A DNA stretch of 64,000 bases from Macrostomum lignano (GCA_002269645.1 NIVC01003162.1:17068-81067), one strand, 5' to 3'. Shown: positions 29,900 through 42,805, numbered from the stretch's first letter. Notes: generated by a model from the sequence alone, not told the origin. Program-made: numbers and translations.

Positions 29900-31275
29900 C
29901 ACTCTTGATTTACTTTCAGAGTCACACTTTTTGATTCACTCTAAAAGGTATTCTGATTCACTCCTCGAGTCACTCTAGTAATCTCTCTTGGTTTCACTCT
30001 TTGGAGTCACCCTAATTCACTCTTAGAGTCATCTTGGATTCACTCGCGAGTCACTCTTTTGTTCAATGCCAGATTCACTATTAGTTATTTGAGTCACTCT
30101 TGATTCACTACTAGTTACTTGAGTCACTCCTTGATTCACTCCTAGAGTCACTCTCATTCCCTAGAGTCACTCTGATTCACTCCTAGAGTAACTCTGACTC
30201 ACTCCTAAAATCGACTCTGATTCACTCCTAAAGCCACTCTGATTCACTCCGAAAGTCACTATGATTCATCCCTAGAGTCACTCTGATTCATCCCTAGCGT
30301 CACTCTGATTCACTCTTAAAGTAACTCTGATTCACCCCTAGAGTCACTCTGATTCACTCCTAAAGTCACTCTGATTCACTCCTAAAGTCACTCTAATTCA
30401 CTTCTAAAGTCACTCTGATTCACTCCTAAAGTCGCTCTGATTCACTCCTAAAGTCACTCTGATTCACTCCTAAAGTCGCTCTGATTCACTCCTAAAGTCA
30501 CTCTGATTCACTCCTAAAGTCACTCTGATTCACTCTTAAAGTCACTCTGATTCACTCCTAAAGTCACTCTGATTCACTCCTAAAGTCACTCTGATTCACT
30601 CCTAAAGTCACTCTGATTCACTCCTAAAGTCACTCTGATTCACTCCTAAAGTCGCTCTGATTCACTCCTAAAGTCACTCTGATTCACTCCTAAAGTCACT
30701 CTGATTCACTCCTAAAGTCACTCTGATTCACTCCTAAAGTCGCTCTGATTCACTCCTAAAGTCACTCTGATTCACTCCTAAAGTCACTCTGATTCACTCC
30801 TAAAGTCACTCTGATTCATCCCTAGAGTCACTCTGATTCACTCTTAAAGTCACTCTGATTCACTCCTAAAGTCACTCTGATTCACTCCTAAAGTCACTCT
30901 GATTCATCCCTAGAGTCACTCTGATTCACTCTTAAAGTCACTCTGATTCACTCCTAAAGTCACTCTGATTCACTTCTAAAGTCACTCTGATTCACTTCTA
31001 AAGTCACTCTGATTCACTCCTAAAGTCACTCTGATTCATCCCTAGAGTCACTCTGATTCACTCTTAAAGTCACTCTGATTCACTCCTAAAGTCACTCTGA
31101 TTCACTCCTAAAGTCACTCTGATTCACTCCTAAAGTCACTCTGATTCGCTCGCGAGTCACTCTTTGATTCCAATCGCAAATTCAGTCCTAGAGCCACTGA
31201 TTCACTCCTGGAGTCACTCTTATGTTCAATCCTAGAGTCACTCTTATGTTCAATCCTAGAGTCACTCTATGATTC
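29900..31275. repeat. 22-bp minisatellite (taaagtcactctgattcactcc) directly upstream of the USP gene
   Basis: Homogeneous core with degenerate flanks. Confidence 0.95.
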
Positions 31276-31296
31276 ACTCGCGCCCGCAGCGAGCCC

Positions 31297-32173
31297 ATGG
31301 GTGCCTACCTAAGCAGCAGCGCAGCCGCCACGGCCGCTGCCTCATCTGCCGAGTCCGGCAACCCGCTAAACAGCGGCATTCCGCGCACGCATCGCCGAGT
31401 CCTGATCGCCATTGACGAATCGCTGGGCGCTCAAAAAGCCTTCGATTTCTGGAGCGGCGTGGCGCGCAGTCAGGATGACAGCATCCTGCTGGTGAACGCT
31501 GTGGAGGTGCCGAACGTGCCGACCGGACTGCTGCTGTCCCCCACCGGGTAGGCCGTGCAGACAGGGTTGAGCAGTGCTTGACGAATAACTTTTGAATTTT
31601 GAATTTGAAAACTATTAAAACAAATCTCTCATATACCCACAAAATACTAAGACAGTACAAGAGAATCTTCCTCAGTCAGCTTTGAGATCAGACATTATCC
31701 AGCTTTGAGAACAGCCATTAACCAGCTTTGAGAACAGCCATTAACCAGCTTTGAGAACAGCCATTAACCAGCTTTGAGAACAGCCATTAACCAGCTTTGA
31801 GAACAGCCATTAACCAGCTTTGAGAACAGCCATTAACCAACAATAAGAAGCTGTTAATGAACTCGAGTCTCCCAAATTCCGCAGCTCATTTGACTACTCG
31901 GAGTACCAGAAGCAGACTCAGCCGCTGCTGGAACGGGCCCAGCGACTCAAGGCCAACATGATGGCCAAATGCGAGCAGCGCAAGCTTCGCTGCAAGTTCA
32001 TCACGGAGGTTGGCAGCCCGGCAACTGCTGTGCTTGACGCGGCTAAGACCTTCTCAGCCTCGGTCATTGTAGTTGGCTGCTGCGGTCACAAGAACCACTT
32101 GTTGGGCTCGGTTAGCAACTATATTCTGCAGCACTCCTGCCGGCCTGTGGTCATTGTGCCCCGGTTCGACTGA
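31297..32173 (+). CDS. Universal stress protein (USP/UspA domain)
   Basis: Exon 31297-31547 (RRVLIAIDESLGAQKAFDF...ILLVNAVE), intron gt 31548 to cag 31884, exon 31885-32173 (GSPATAVLDAAKTFSASVIVVGCCGHKNHLLGSVSNYILQHSCRPVVIVP). In frame. Confidence 0.92.
31700..31840. repeat. 23-bp repeat (ccagctttgagaacagccattaa) x6, USP intron
   Basis: Tandem copies. Confidence 0.93.
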
Positions 32174-32349
32174 ACTGCAGCTGGGATAACCTTGAATTGA
32201 CTGATAGGTGGGTGCAGGCTGATTGCTTTGCACTTTGTTGCTTTGAGAAGGTCTGCTAATCTGTTGCCTAAATGTCATGTGATGTGATGTATATTCGCCT
32301 TACCAATGAGTTAGCGGAAAATTATGGTTAAGGTTTAAAGTTATATTCC

Positions 32350-32700
32350 AGCCAATCAGAGACGAGATCAGTCTAGCTTAGAGCAAGCATCCAGCCAATC
32401 AGAAACGAGATCAGTCTAGCTTAGAGCAAGCATCCAACCAATCAGAGACGAGATCAGTGTAGCTTAGCTAGCTTCCAGCCAATCTGAGACGAGATCAGTC
32501 TAGCCTAGCTAGTTTCCAGCCAATCAGAGACGAGATCAATCTAGCTTAGCTAGTTTCCAGCCAATCAGAGACGAGATCAGTCTAGCTTAGCTAGTTTCCA
32601 GCCAATCAGAGACGAGATCAGTCTAGCCTAGCTAGTTTCCAGCCAATCAGAGACGAGATCAGTCTAGCCTAGCTAGTTTCCAGCCAATCAGAGACGAGAT
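32350..32700. repeat. 41-bp repeat containing CCAAT x ~8
   Basis: ccagccaatcagagacgagatcagtctagcctagctagttt tandem copies. Confidence 0.92.
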
Positions 32701-33324
32701 CTGCCGTCTAGATTAGTTTTTCCAGCTAATCAGAACTTCCGTTTAAACTCCAATTAAAATTCCAATCATGTTTATTTTCAATAGCAGATTTTAAGAAAGT
32801 AGTTGACATTTCGTGTGTAGTTTATTTTTACTTGATCCATTTTTGTTATATACTATTCTGTAAAATACTTTCGATCTCAGAGTGTTGCGTTATTTATATT
32901 TATATTTAAGAGTAGTAAAATTTTCATCTTGTTTTAGTAATCGCTGTTTTAATTTTATACCATAGTTCCATGCTATAAAATGGAATAATAATTCCATACT
33001 ATACCCTGCAGCCTTTGCTTAAACCATTATACCGAGTAATTTTTAATACTATGCTTTTACCACTGTGATATGTAAATCTATTTATCATGGGAATACAAGT
33101 TATTAGTACACTAACAGGCTAATCCGTTCTGTTTGCTGTGCAGTTTTCTGGTTACCAGCCGCACTATATATCAAATTAATACGCACATTAAACTGACAGC
33201 TGATTTATTCTCTATCTCCGTCACTTTCTCTTGTTTTTGAAAGGAGGGTACGAGCAGCATTGTGGAGGTTTAGTGTGGAGGATGAGGATGAGATTAGGTC
33301 AGAAGAAAGTAGTGGAAGTGTAAA

Positions 33325-35875
33325 GAGGGGCAGGGTGGATACAGGGGCGATAGAGGGGCAGGGTGGATAGAGGGGCAGGGAAGATAGAGGGGCAGGGTGG
33401 ATAGAGGGGCAGGGAGATAGAGGGGCAGGGAGGATAGAGGGGCAGGGAAGATAGAGGGGCAGGGAAGATAGAGGGGCAGGGAGGATACAGGGGCGATAGA
33501 GGGGCAGGGAGGATAGAGGGGCAGGGTGGATAGAGGGGCAGGAAGATAGAGGGGCAGGGTGGATAGAGGGGCAGGAAGATAGAGGGGCAGGGTGGATAGA
33601 GGGGCAGGAAGATAGAGGGGCAGGGAGGATAGAGGGGCAGGGAAGATAGAGGGGCAGGGTGGATAGAGGGGCAGGGAGATAGAGGGGCAGGGAGGATAGA
33701 GGGGCAGGGAAGATAGAGGGGCAGGGAAGATAGAGGGGCAGGGAGGATACAGGGGCGATAGAAGGGCAGGGAGGATAGAGGGGCAGGGTGGATAGAGGGG
33801 CAGGAAGATAGAGGGGCAGGGTGGATAGAGGGGCAGGAAGATAGAGGGGCAGGGAGGATAGAGGGGCAGGGAAGATAGAGGGGCAGGGTGGATAGAGGGG
33901 CAGGGAGATAGAGGGGCAGGGAGGATAGAGGGGCAGGGAAGATAGAGGGGCAGGGTGGATAGAGGGGCAGGAAGATAGAGGGGCAGGGAAGATAGAGGGG
34001 CAGGAAGATAGAGGGGCAGGAAGGATAGAGGGGCAGGGAAGATAGAGGGGCAGGGTGGATAGAGGGGCAGGGAGATAGAGGGGCAGGGAAGATAGAGAGG
34101 CAGGGAAGATAGAGGGGCAGGGAGGATACAGGGGCGATAGAGGGGCAGGGAGGATAGAGGGGCAGGGTGGATAGAGGGGCAGGAAGATAGAGGGGCAGGA
34201 AGATAGAGGGGCAGGGTGGATAGAGGGGCAGGAAGATAGAGGGGCAGGGTGGATAGAGGGGCAGGAAGATAGAGGGGCAGGGAGGATAGAGGGGCAGGGA
34301 AGATAGAGGGGCAGGGTGGATAGAGGGGCAGGGAGATAGAGGGGCAGGGAGGATAGAGGGGCAGGGAAGATAGAGGGGCAGGGAGGATACAGGGGCGATA
34401 GAGGGACAGGGAGGATAGAGGGCAGGGTGGATAGAGGGGCAGGAAGATAGAGGGGCAGGGAGGATACAGGGGCGATAGAGGGACAGGGAGGATAGAGGGG
34501 CAGGGTGGATAGAGGGGCAGGGAAGATAGAGGGGCAGGGAAGATAGAGGGGCAGGGAGGATACAGGGGCGATAGAGGGGCAGGGAGGATAGAGGGGCAGG
34601 GTGGATAGAGGGGCAGGGTGGATAGAGGGGCAGGAAGATAGAGGGGCAGGGTGGATAGAGGGGCAGGAAGATAGAGGGGCAGGGAGGATAGAGGGGCAGG
34701 GAAGATAGAGGGCAGGGTGGATAGAGGGGCAGGGAGATAGAGGGGCAGGGAGGATAGAGGGGCAGGGAAGATAGAGGGGCAGGGTGGATAGAGGGGCAGG
34801 AAGATAGAGGGGCAGGGTGGATAGAGGGGCAGGAAGATAGAGGGGCAGGGAGGATATAGGGGCAGGGAAGATAGAGGGGCAGGGTGGATAGAGGGGCAGG
34901 GAGATAGAGGGGCAGGGAAGATAGAGAGGCAGGGAAGATAGAGGGGCAGGGAGGATACAGGGGCGATAGAGGGGCAGGGAGGATAGAGGGGCAGGGTGGA
35001 TAGAGGGGCAGGAAGATAGAGGGGCAGGGTGGATAGAGGGGCAGGAAGATAGAGGGGCAGGGTGGATAGAGGGGCAGGAAGATAGAGGGGCAGGGAGGAT
35101 AGAGGGGCAGGGAAGATAGAGGGGCAGGGTGGATAGAGGGGCAGGGAGATAGAGGGGCAGGGAGGATAGAGGGGCAGGGAAGATAGAGGGGCAGGGAGGA
35201 TACAGGGGCGATAGAGGGACAGGGAGGATAGAGGGGCAGGGTGGATAGAGGGGCAGGAAGATAGAGGGGCAGGGAGGATACAGGGGCGATAGAGGGACAG
35301 GGAGGATAGAGGGGCAGGGTGGATAGAGGGGCAGGAAGATAGAGGGGCAGGGAGGATAGAGGGGCAGGAAGATAGAGGGGCAGGGTGGATAGAGGGGCAG
35401 GGAAGATAGAGGGGCAGGGAGGATACAGGGGCGATAGAGGGGCAGGGAGGATAGAGGGCAGGGAAGATAGAGGGGCAGGGAGGATACAGGGGCGATAGAG
35501 GGCCAGGGAGGATAGAGGGGCAGGGTGGATAGAGGGGCAGGAAGATAGAGGGGCAGGGAGGATAGAGGGGCAGGGAAGATAGAGGGGCAGGGAGGATACA
35601 GGGGCGATAGAGGGGCAGGGAGGATAGAGGGGCAGGGAGGATACAGGGGCGATAGAGGGGCAGGGAGGATAGAGGGGCAGGGAAGATAGAGGGGCAGGGA
35701 GGATACAGGGGCGATAGAGGGCCAGGGAGGATAGAGGGGCAGGGTGGATAGAGGGGCAGGAAGATAGAGGGGCAGGGAGGATAGAGGGGCAGGGAAGATA
35801 GAGGGGCAGGGAGGATACAGGGGCGATAGAGGGGCAGGGAGGATACAGGGGCGATAGAGGGGCAGGGAAGATAGG
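33325..35875. repeat. Purine-rich 16-18-bp minisatellite (gatagaggggcaggg(a/t)g)
   Basis: ~2.5-kb array with very few pyrimidines on +; source of the 926-aa spurious ORF. Confidence 0.96.
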
Positions 35876-36444
35876 GGGGTAGGGAGGTTAGAGGGGTAGG
35901 GATGATAGAGGAAGTATAGAGGGAATGGGACTATTACAGAGGCTGGGAGAGTGGCAGGGGTATAAACAGGAGCATGACAAGTCAATCTGCTCTACAAGTG
36001 CATCAAGGGAGAGCGGTTATTCGCAGCTCAGCATCGCAGAGTGCCTCCCGGGAGTTGGCATGGAACTGGCCGGATAAATTCAAATGTTTTTGCTGAGCCT
36101 GCGCTTAAAAAGCGGAATTTTTCGAGCCGTCGTTTTTTCACTTCGCAGCGGAGAGTCGGGCAGCCATTTCCCAATTAGCATGGGAGCGGCAGGGCAGGGC
36201 TGGGAACATCAAAATGAAGCCGTTTTAGTCCGGCTGGCGATTTCGGGGACTGCGCTGTCCGTGTGCCGAGCTGATTGTGAATTCTGCTGCTGCGATTCGG
36301 GATTAGTCTAGACAGATGAAGTGCTGGGAGGCTGGCTGCACTGGCTCGGGTGCATTGCCGGTTCAGTGGACTCGCGTCTGAGGTGATTGGGGATGGCTCG
36401 AGAGGTGATCGGGATGGCTCGAGAGCTGCAAATTTAGAGGTCGG

Positions 36445-37210
36445 AGTGATTCTCAAGATGCTGTAGGAGTGATTCTCAAGATGCTGTAGGAGTGATTCTC
36501 AAGATGCTGTAGGAGTGATTCTCAAGATGCTGTAGGAGCGATTCTTAAGATGCTGTATGGGCGATTCTCATGATGTTGTAGGAGCGATTCTCATGATGCT
36601 GTAGCCTGTAGGAGTGATTCTCAAGATGCTGTAGGGGCGATTCTCAAGATGCTGTAGGGGCGATTCTCATGATGTTGTAGGGGCGATTCTCATGATGATG
36701 TAGGGGCGATTCTCATTTTGTTGTAGGGGCGATTCTCATGATGTTGTAGGAGTGATTCTCAAGATGCTGTAGAGGCGATTCTCATGATGCTGTAGGGGCG
36801 ATTCTCATGATGTTGTAGGGGCGATTCTCATGATGATGTAGGGGCGATTCTCATGATGATGTAGGGGCGATTCTCATGATGATGTAGGGGCGATTCTCAT
36901 TTTGTTGTAGGGGCGATTCTCATGATGTTGTAGGAGTGATTCTCATGATGCTGTAGGGGCGATTCTCATGATGTTGTAGGGGCGATTCTCATGATGTTGT
37001 AGGGGCGATTCTCATGATGATGTAGGGGCGATTCTCATGATGATGTAGGGGCGATTCTCATGATGATGTAGGGGCGATTCTCATTTTGTTGTAGGGGCGA
37101 TTCTCATGATGTTGTAGGAGTGATTCTCATGATGCTGTAGGGGCGATTCTCATGATGTTGTAGGGGCGATTCTCATGATGATGTAGGGGCGATTCTCATG
37201 ATGCTGTAGG
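36445..37210. repeat. 23-bp minisatellite (gattctcatgatgttgtaggggc)
   Basis: Tandem array. Confidence 0.94.
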
Positions 37211-37938
37211 GGCTGTTTTCAAGTTGCCGTACTGGCAACTCTCTAAGTGGTTTAGGGACATTCCGCAGTTTGGTTTAAGGGTGATTAAATATTAAGGCAA
37301 GGTTAGGGGTTTTGGCAAGTATATAAAAGCGATCTTATAGAAAAAATTAAAAATCAGAAAATAGTATTCCAAATTCAGAATGACTTCAACTGTGCTGTGT
37401 CACGTCCTTCAATCCTGTTATGTAATTATTAAAATATAAGCAGGTGCTGCCATGGGTTATCTTTAGCTTAAGATTTGGGCCAAAAATGAACCAGAAACAG
37501 CATATATTAGTTGGGGAGAAGTGGGAGTGGTTGTTAGAGATGAGAGCTGATGTGACTCATTTCAGCCGAAATCAAAAGGAAACAATGGCTTGGGAAACCG
37601 GCCACTTGTTCAAGCAGTTGGTGGGGTGGGGGGGGGTTGCCGCTGCAATCTGCAATTTTGCTTTGGCAAACGGATCGCTGCAGTCTGACAAATTTGCTTG
37701 CAGGGGGGGAGCTGATTGGTGTTTAATTTTAGCCATTGGCAAGCCCGATTTGGGCGTTGGCGCCGGCGGTCGCTGCATTTTGAATTGATGCCAGCTTTGC
37801 ACTTTAGGCGCTGATACAATGGGCTGACGGCACCACTGCCGGCCTGCGACAGTTGGACATTGGCTGCCTTCGGATTCCATTGTACATTGTCTTTTACATT
37901 GTACTCTTAAGTTCTATACCAAGCCCGATGGCGCTAAA

Positions 37939-38017
37939 CAAGTAGTATGAAGATGCACACGTCTTTTTGCCACCAGTGAACGGGCTTCTTTTTAGACGTG
38001 GGTCTTCATACTACTTG
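37939..38017. other. 79-nt hairpin (15-bp perfect + 7-bp stem)
   Basis: CAAGTAGTATGAAGA (37939-37953) pairs with TCTTCATACTACTTG (38003-38017); CACGTCT pairs with AGACGTG inside. Confidence 0.75.
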
Positions 38018-40131
38018 ACAAACCTAGTTTTGTACCGATGAAAAAAAACTTTGAGAAGCTCAAGAAAATGAAAATCGGTTTCTCTCCTCTCTAATCTCTC
38101 TCTCTAGTCTCCCCTCTCCTCTCGCTTCTCTCTTATCTCCTCTTTTCTCTTCTTCCTCTATTCTCTTTCGTTTCCTCTCTCATCTGGCCAGCAGCCATGA
38201 ACTGGAATCTTCTAGAATAGGCCCTCGATCTAAAAAATTGTCTAAGTCTCCAGAGCGTTGAAGGGTTATACCACCCCATTAAGCTGGTTGTTTCGGCGCA
38301 AGATCTTCTTAGCATCAGCTTAAGTGCTTGGAAAGTCAGGCCAGTTTTGTGGGACATATTATAATACTCGTACTCTCAATTAGATTGTACACTAAACTGG
38401 CATAGATACCCTAAGCCTCTTCCTCTTCTCCAACGGGGTTGCAAAGAAAGCTATAAATAAAGTCATTTCAAAACACTGTACATTGCTACTGTATAAGCCG
38501 TATCTCACCTTTTGGTCTGGGGAAGGGATTGTAAACGTAGTGACTTGGAACTTGCCACCCGCTAAACTTTGTCAATTTAAATGTGCAGTTAAAGAGCTAA
38601 ATTTTAATACAAAATTCTAATCACGTGACGCCTGTTTATCGATCTAATTTTCCTTGGTCTGTGCGCGAAGCAAATAAAGCTTTATTGACGCCCCTCCGGC
38701 CCAAGCCCTCACGTCGTCACTCGTCAGTCCCCCCCCCGCTTAGAAGGACGGAAGTGTACATTGTATGTACGATTATTCCTTCCCTTCCTTTCCTTTCTAA
38801 CCAGCTTAACTCGGCCCCACGCCAAAGCCATGCAAGCAATCGCATGCAAATGCAAATTATGCAATGCGGTATTTCATATGCAGCATAATCTGATGAATTT
38901 TGGTGCAAAAAAGGCATTTTTTACCTCAAAAGAACAACGAATGGTTATGAAACTCAAGAAATTTGCTAAATTAACTGTATAGAACACTGTGTATTGGTTT
39001 CAGTGCAAAATTCCTACCATTACCCGGTTAATTACGAGCGTAGCCCCGGAAGTAGCAAAAGTGTCACAAATCAAGTTTTCAGTTTTTTATCGATAATTTT
39101 TTACCCAATGAACCGAATCTCTAGAAATTGCACACAAATAGGCCTCGTTATGTGGGAAATCAGGCGTCATAAAAATATTGCCGTCCTATTGCGTTTTTTG
39201 CCTGATTTCAAGCCAAATATTAAAAAATCACTACTCTGATCGATTTCCAATCACTTTTGACACAAGAGCACTTGTTGCAGACACTCAAAAACTTGGTCAA
39301 TTAAAGCCCGACATTAGTACAACTAATTGCAGTGTCCGCATTTGATCTACCATTCTTTTAAAATATTAATCATCCATTTTTCGGGCACCGAATCAGCCAA
39401 AATTCACAAATTATCGATTTCTGATCGATTTTTCAACCCGAAAGCATCGAAATCAGACGGCGGCAATTTATAGTACAGCAACTTTGCTATAGAAATTTGA
39501 AATCGGCTTTATTCGCACCATGTTCTCAAAATTATAATGAGCAATAATGCGAAACTCATGTGATTTTTTGAAAAATCGATTCTTGTAGATTTTCTCAGCA
39601 CTGCAGAATCGTAGGAAAACAAAACTTTAGACACTTGTAGATATTTGCATTGCGCATCTAACTGCACTGCTTTGAAGCCGAAACTCAAAAAGCTTCGTAG
39701 GAAAAAGTGGGGAGATAATAAAATGAGGGTATTTTTTTACCCAAAAAAACCCACCAAAACTGAATAAAGATGTCGAAATAAATTAAAGCGCCATATACCA
39801 TTTTGTAGTAAATTTAGTTTTACAACTTTGATCCTCAGATGTCGAAGCCGTATCTCGTTAAGGTGTACCAGAATTTTGAGATCTCCCAGAAGCACTTTTG
39901 AAAAAATCGTCTTTCCACTTAATTTACGGCTTAGTAATAAAATCTCTGCACTTAAAAGTATATTCATTCGATAGATCTAAAAGTTTTCTATCGATCGACA
40001 CCTCACTCAACTCAATCGGTGCAGTGGTTGCAAAAAAGGAGCATTTTTTGGCGAAAAAACGTGAAATTTAAAAATGCATGGGAGTCTAACTTATTTACCG
40101 GCGGCGCCGGACTCGGCTCGTTCACTGGTGG

Positions 40132-40742
40132 AACTAGAGCTGGTATAGACATCACAACTAGAGCTGGTATAGGCATCACAACTAGAGCTGGTATAGGCAT
40201 CACAACTAGAGCTGGTATAGGCATCACAACTAGAGCTGGTATAGGCATCACAACTAGAGCTGGTATAGGCATCACAACTAGAGCTGGTATAGGCATCACA
40301 ACTAGAGCTGGTATAGGCATCACAACTAGAGCTGGTATAGGCATCACAACTAGAGCTGGTATAGGCATCACAACTAGAGCTGGTATAGGCATCACAACTA
40401 GAGCTGGTATAGGCATCACAACTAGAGCTGGTATAGACATCACAACTAGAGCTGGTATAGGCATCACAACTAGAGCTGGTATATATAGACATCACAACTA
40501 GAGCTGGTATAGGCATCACAACTAGAGCTGGTATAGGCATCACAACTAGAGCTGGTATATATAGACATCACAACTAGAGCTGGTATAGGCATCACAACTA
40601 GAGCTGGTATATATAGACATCACAACTAGAGCTGGTATAGGCATCACAACTAGAGCTGGTATATATAGACATCACAACTAGAGCTGGTATAGGCATCACA
40701 ACTAGAGCTGGTATAGACATCACAACTAGAGCTGGTATAGAC
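40132..40742. repeat. 24-bp minisatellite (aactagagctggtataggcatcac)
   Basis: Tandem array with occasional tata-insertion variants. Confidence 0.96.
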
Positions 40743-42005
40743 GCCAAACAGCCGGGGCCTCTGATATCGAATGTCAGACTGGCCCAGTTGAGTATAAATT
40801 AGCCATTGCCCGATGAAAATCGCAGGCAGGCTGTTGTGCGCAGCTTCCTGTTATTTCTGCTCGATGCTTTCAGGTGCAAATAATTGTAAGCCATAAAAGC
40901 GGAGGATTTACGCTGCTTTTAGCTGATGGGGACGGACCGGCATCCTTCATCATGCTTGCTTGGGATCGAGTGGAGTTGTGGGTGCCCGGGTTTGCAGATC
41001 AAACGAGTGGCAGCCCACATCTCCTTAATTGAGTTATCAACACGGCTGCCCCTGTGCTCAGATATCGCCGATTTGCAATAAATATCCCATATCCCCATTT
41101 TTTGCTTCTCCTCCCATGGGGTCCCGGCCGGTTTCAGACCCCCCCAGTAAAAGGCTTGTAGGGGAATGATGACGAGAGGCGTCAAATAAAGATGCTAACA
41201 AAATCGGCAGATCAGCAGACAGCTCAGAGCTAATTATTCGTTCCGGTCAAGCGCGGGTTGTTAAAGTGCGCCCAAATGCAGCAGAGGCTGAATCAATATT
41301 TCAAGTTTGCACTAATTTATTTTTGGCCCGCTTGCGTGTTTGCCATCGCCTGCCTGCTACAGTCAGCATTGCTATTATTACCATGATGACTCAAGCCCGA
41401 TTGCTGCGGAGTCCGGGCTTGAGCACGTGTGTGGGCGGCTGCTCTCGGTTGCTGGGAGACCGACAGTAGAGAAAGGAAACTAGCAACGTCGCTGACAATA
41501 CCATCCGGTTGCTACGAGAGTTTCAAACTCCTATGAAGAGACGAAGAGCCACTGTGTCTCGTAAAGTGGCGATCGATACCGGATCCGGAATGGTAAAGAT
41601 TCTATTTTAATCATAGATTCATAGACCAGGAAGTTCAACCATAGACAATCAATCCTGGCGCTGGAGAGGAGATTGCAACTGAAAGCTACGAGTATAATAG
41701 TTGCCACTATAAAAAAACAAAAAAATGAATTTCTTTCACCTTAGACCTAAAGGTGATTTTGCCATAGAAAAAATCAATTCTGTTCGCTTGATCGTGAAAG
41801 ACTGATCAATTGACGTATTCTCACCGATTGGGGCTACGTAAATTAAAATTGCTACTCAACTCCAACCTGAGCACCGCACTTACAAGGGGGGCTTCAGGAC
41901 GCACCCACACAAGGCTTCACCAGAGTCTGGACGCAGTGGTACAGCCTGGGGCTGGCACACATTGGCCGGTACGCCTCGGTAAGCTCTGGCGGGTCTTAAT
42001 TCGAT

Positions 42006-42044
42006 TGCTCTAGATTGAGTTAAGTAAGAGACCGTCTTTCCGGC
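42006..42044 (-). ncRNA. Spliced-leader (SL) RNA-like sequence lacking the ATG|GT donor (variant gene or pseudogene)
   Basis: Minus strand reads GCCGGAAAGACGGTCTCTTACTTAACTCAATCTAGAGCA. The first 22 nt differ at one position from the Macrostomum SL as I recall it (GCCGTAAAGACGGTCTCTTACTGCGAAGACTCAATTTATTGCATG), and ACTCAAT is also shared. The reference is from memory and needs checking. Confidence 0.55.
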
Positions 42045-42805
42045 TAGCAAGGAGAGAAAATCAAGACGTGAACACGACACCACACCCCAACACACGGCGT
42101 CAGTAATTAAATATCTACGGCCCGCGGAGGGGGGAGGCCAACAGCCCTCCAACCCACCACCCCATCGATCCCAACCCGCGCCAGCCAACCACACCGCCAG
42201 GGGGGGAGGAAACACCGATCCCCCCGCCGCTCGGCCCAGCCAATCAGAACGCAGTAAGCAACAAATAGTACAGAAGCTGAACGATAAGTCATAGTAAAAA
42301 AACGCCCGGCTTGAACCAATTGATGCATGTGGGGACAAACTGAGTCAACCTGGCACTGAAACAAAAGTGCATGCAGAAAACAACAGTAATAAAAGTATTG
42401 AGTGCAAGTTTCACTAATAGATCGATAAAATTGACTCTTAGTCACTCAGAAGTTAGCAATGGAAAATCTTTTTTAAAATGAACATTACTACGCCTTTACA
42501 CTTTCATTAAGCCTGGAGACGAAAAAAGCTTTAATGTTTCAAGCAATTTAGCCAGCCCATCTTGGTCTGGGGGATAGATTGGCATTGTACGTATTGAGGC
42601 AATGCTGCCAGTGTTTGTACTACAGCCGGGTAGGGACCGAGAGAGTTTCCAATTGGTGAAAAGGTGCCTTCGCAACCAACGCCCTTGAAGCTAATTTTTT
42701 GTTTGCTACGTCAATCAGGGCCAAAGCCAGTGGGAGCCGGGGCGGGCGGCCTCCTCACTCCGCCGCCCTCTCGTCCCCCCCCCCCCCCGGCGGGTCAGAT
42801 TGCGT

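Noticed and set aside
33205-35985. 926-aa Pro/Leu/Ser-rich ORF
   Set aside because: The complement of a polypurine array has few chances for stop codons; no domain or splice support.
38600-40060. Possible non-autonomous DNA transposon (AT-rich, recurring aagccgtatctc and gcaaaaaagg..cattttt)
   Set aside because: No terminal inverted repeats, TSD or transposase remnants could be defined.
40012-40543. ITTRAGIG and VVMPIPAL repeat ORFs
   Set aside because: 24-bp array with several open frames on both strands; no coding signal.
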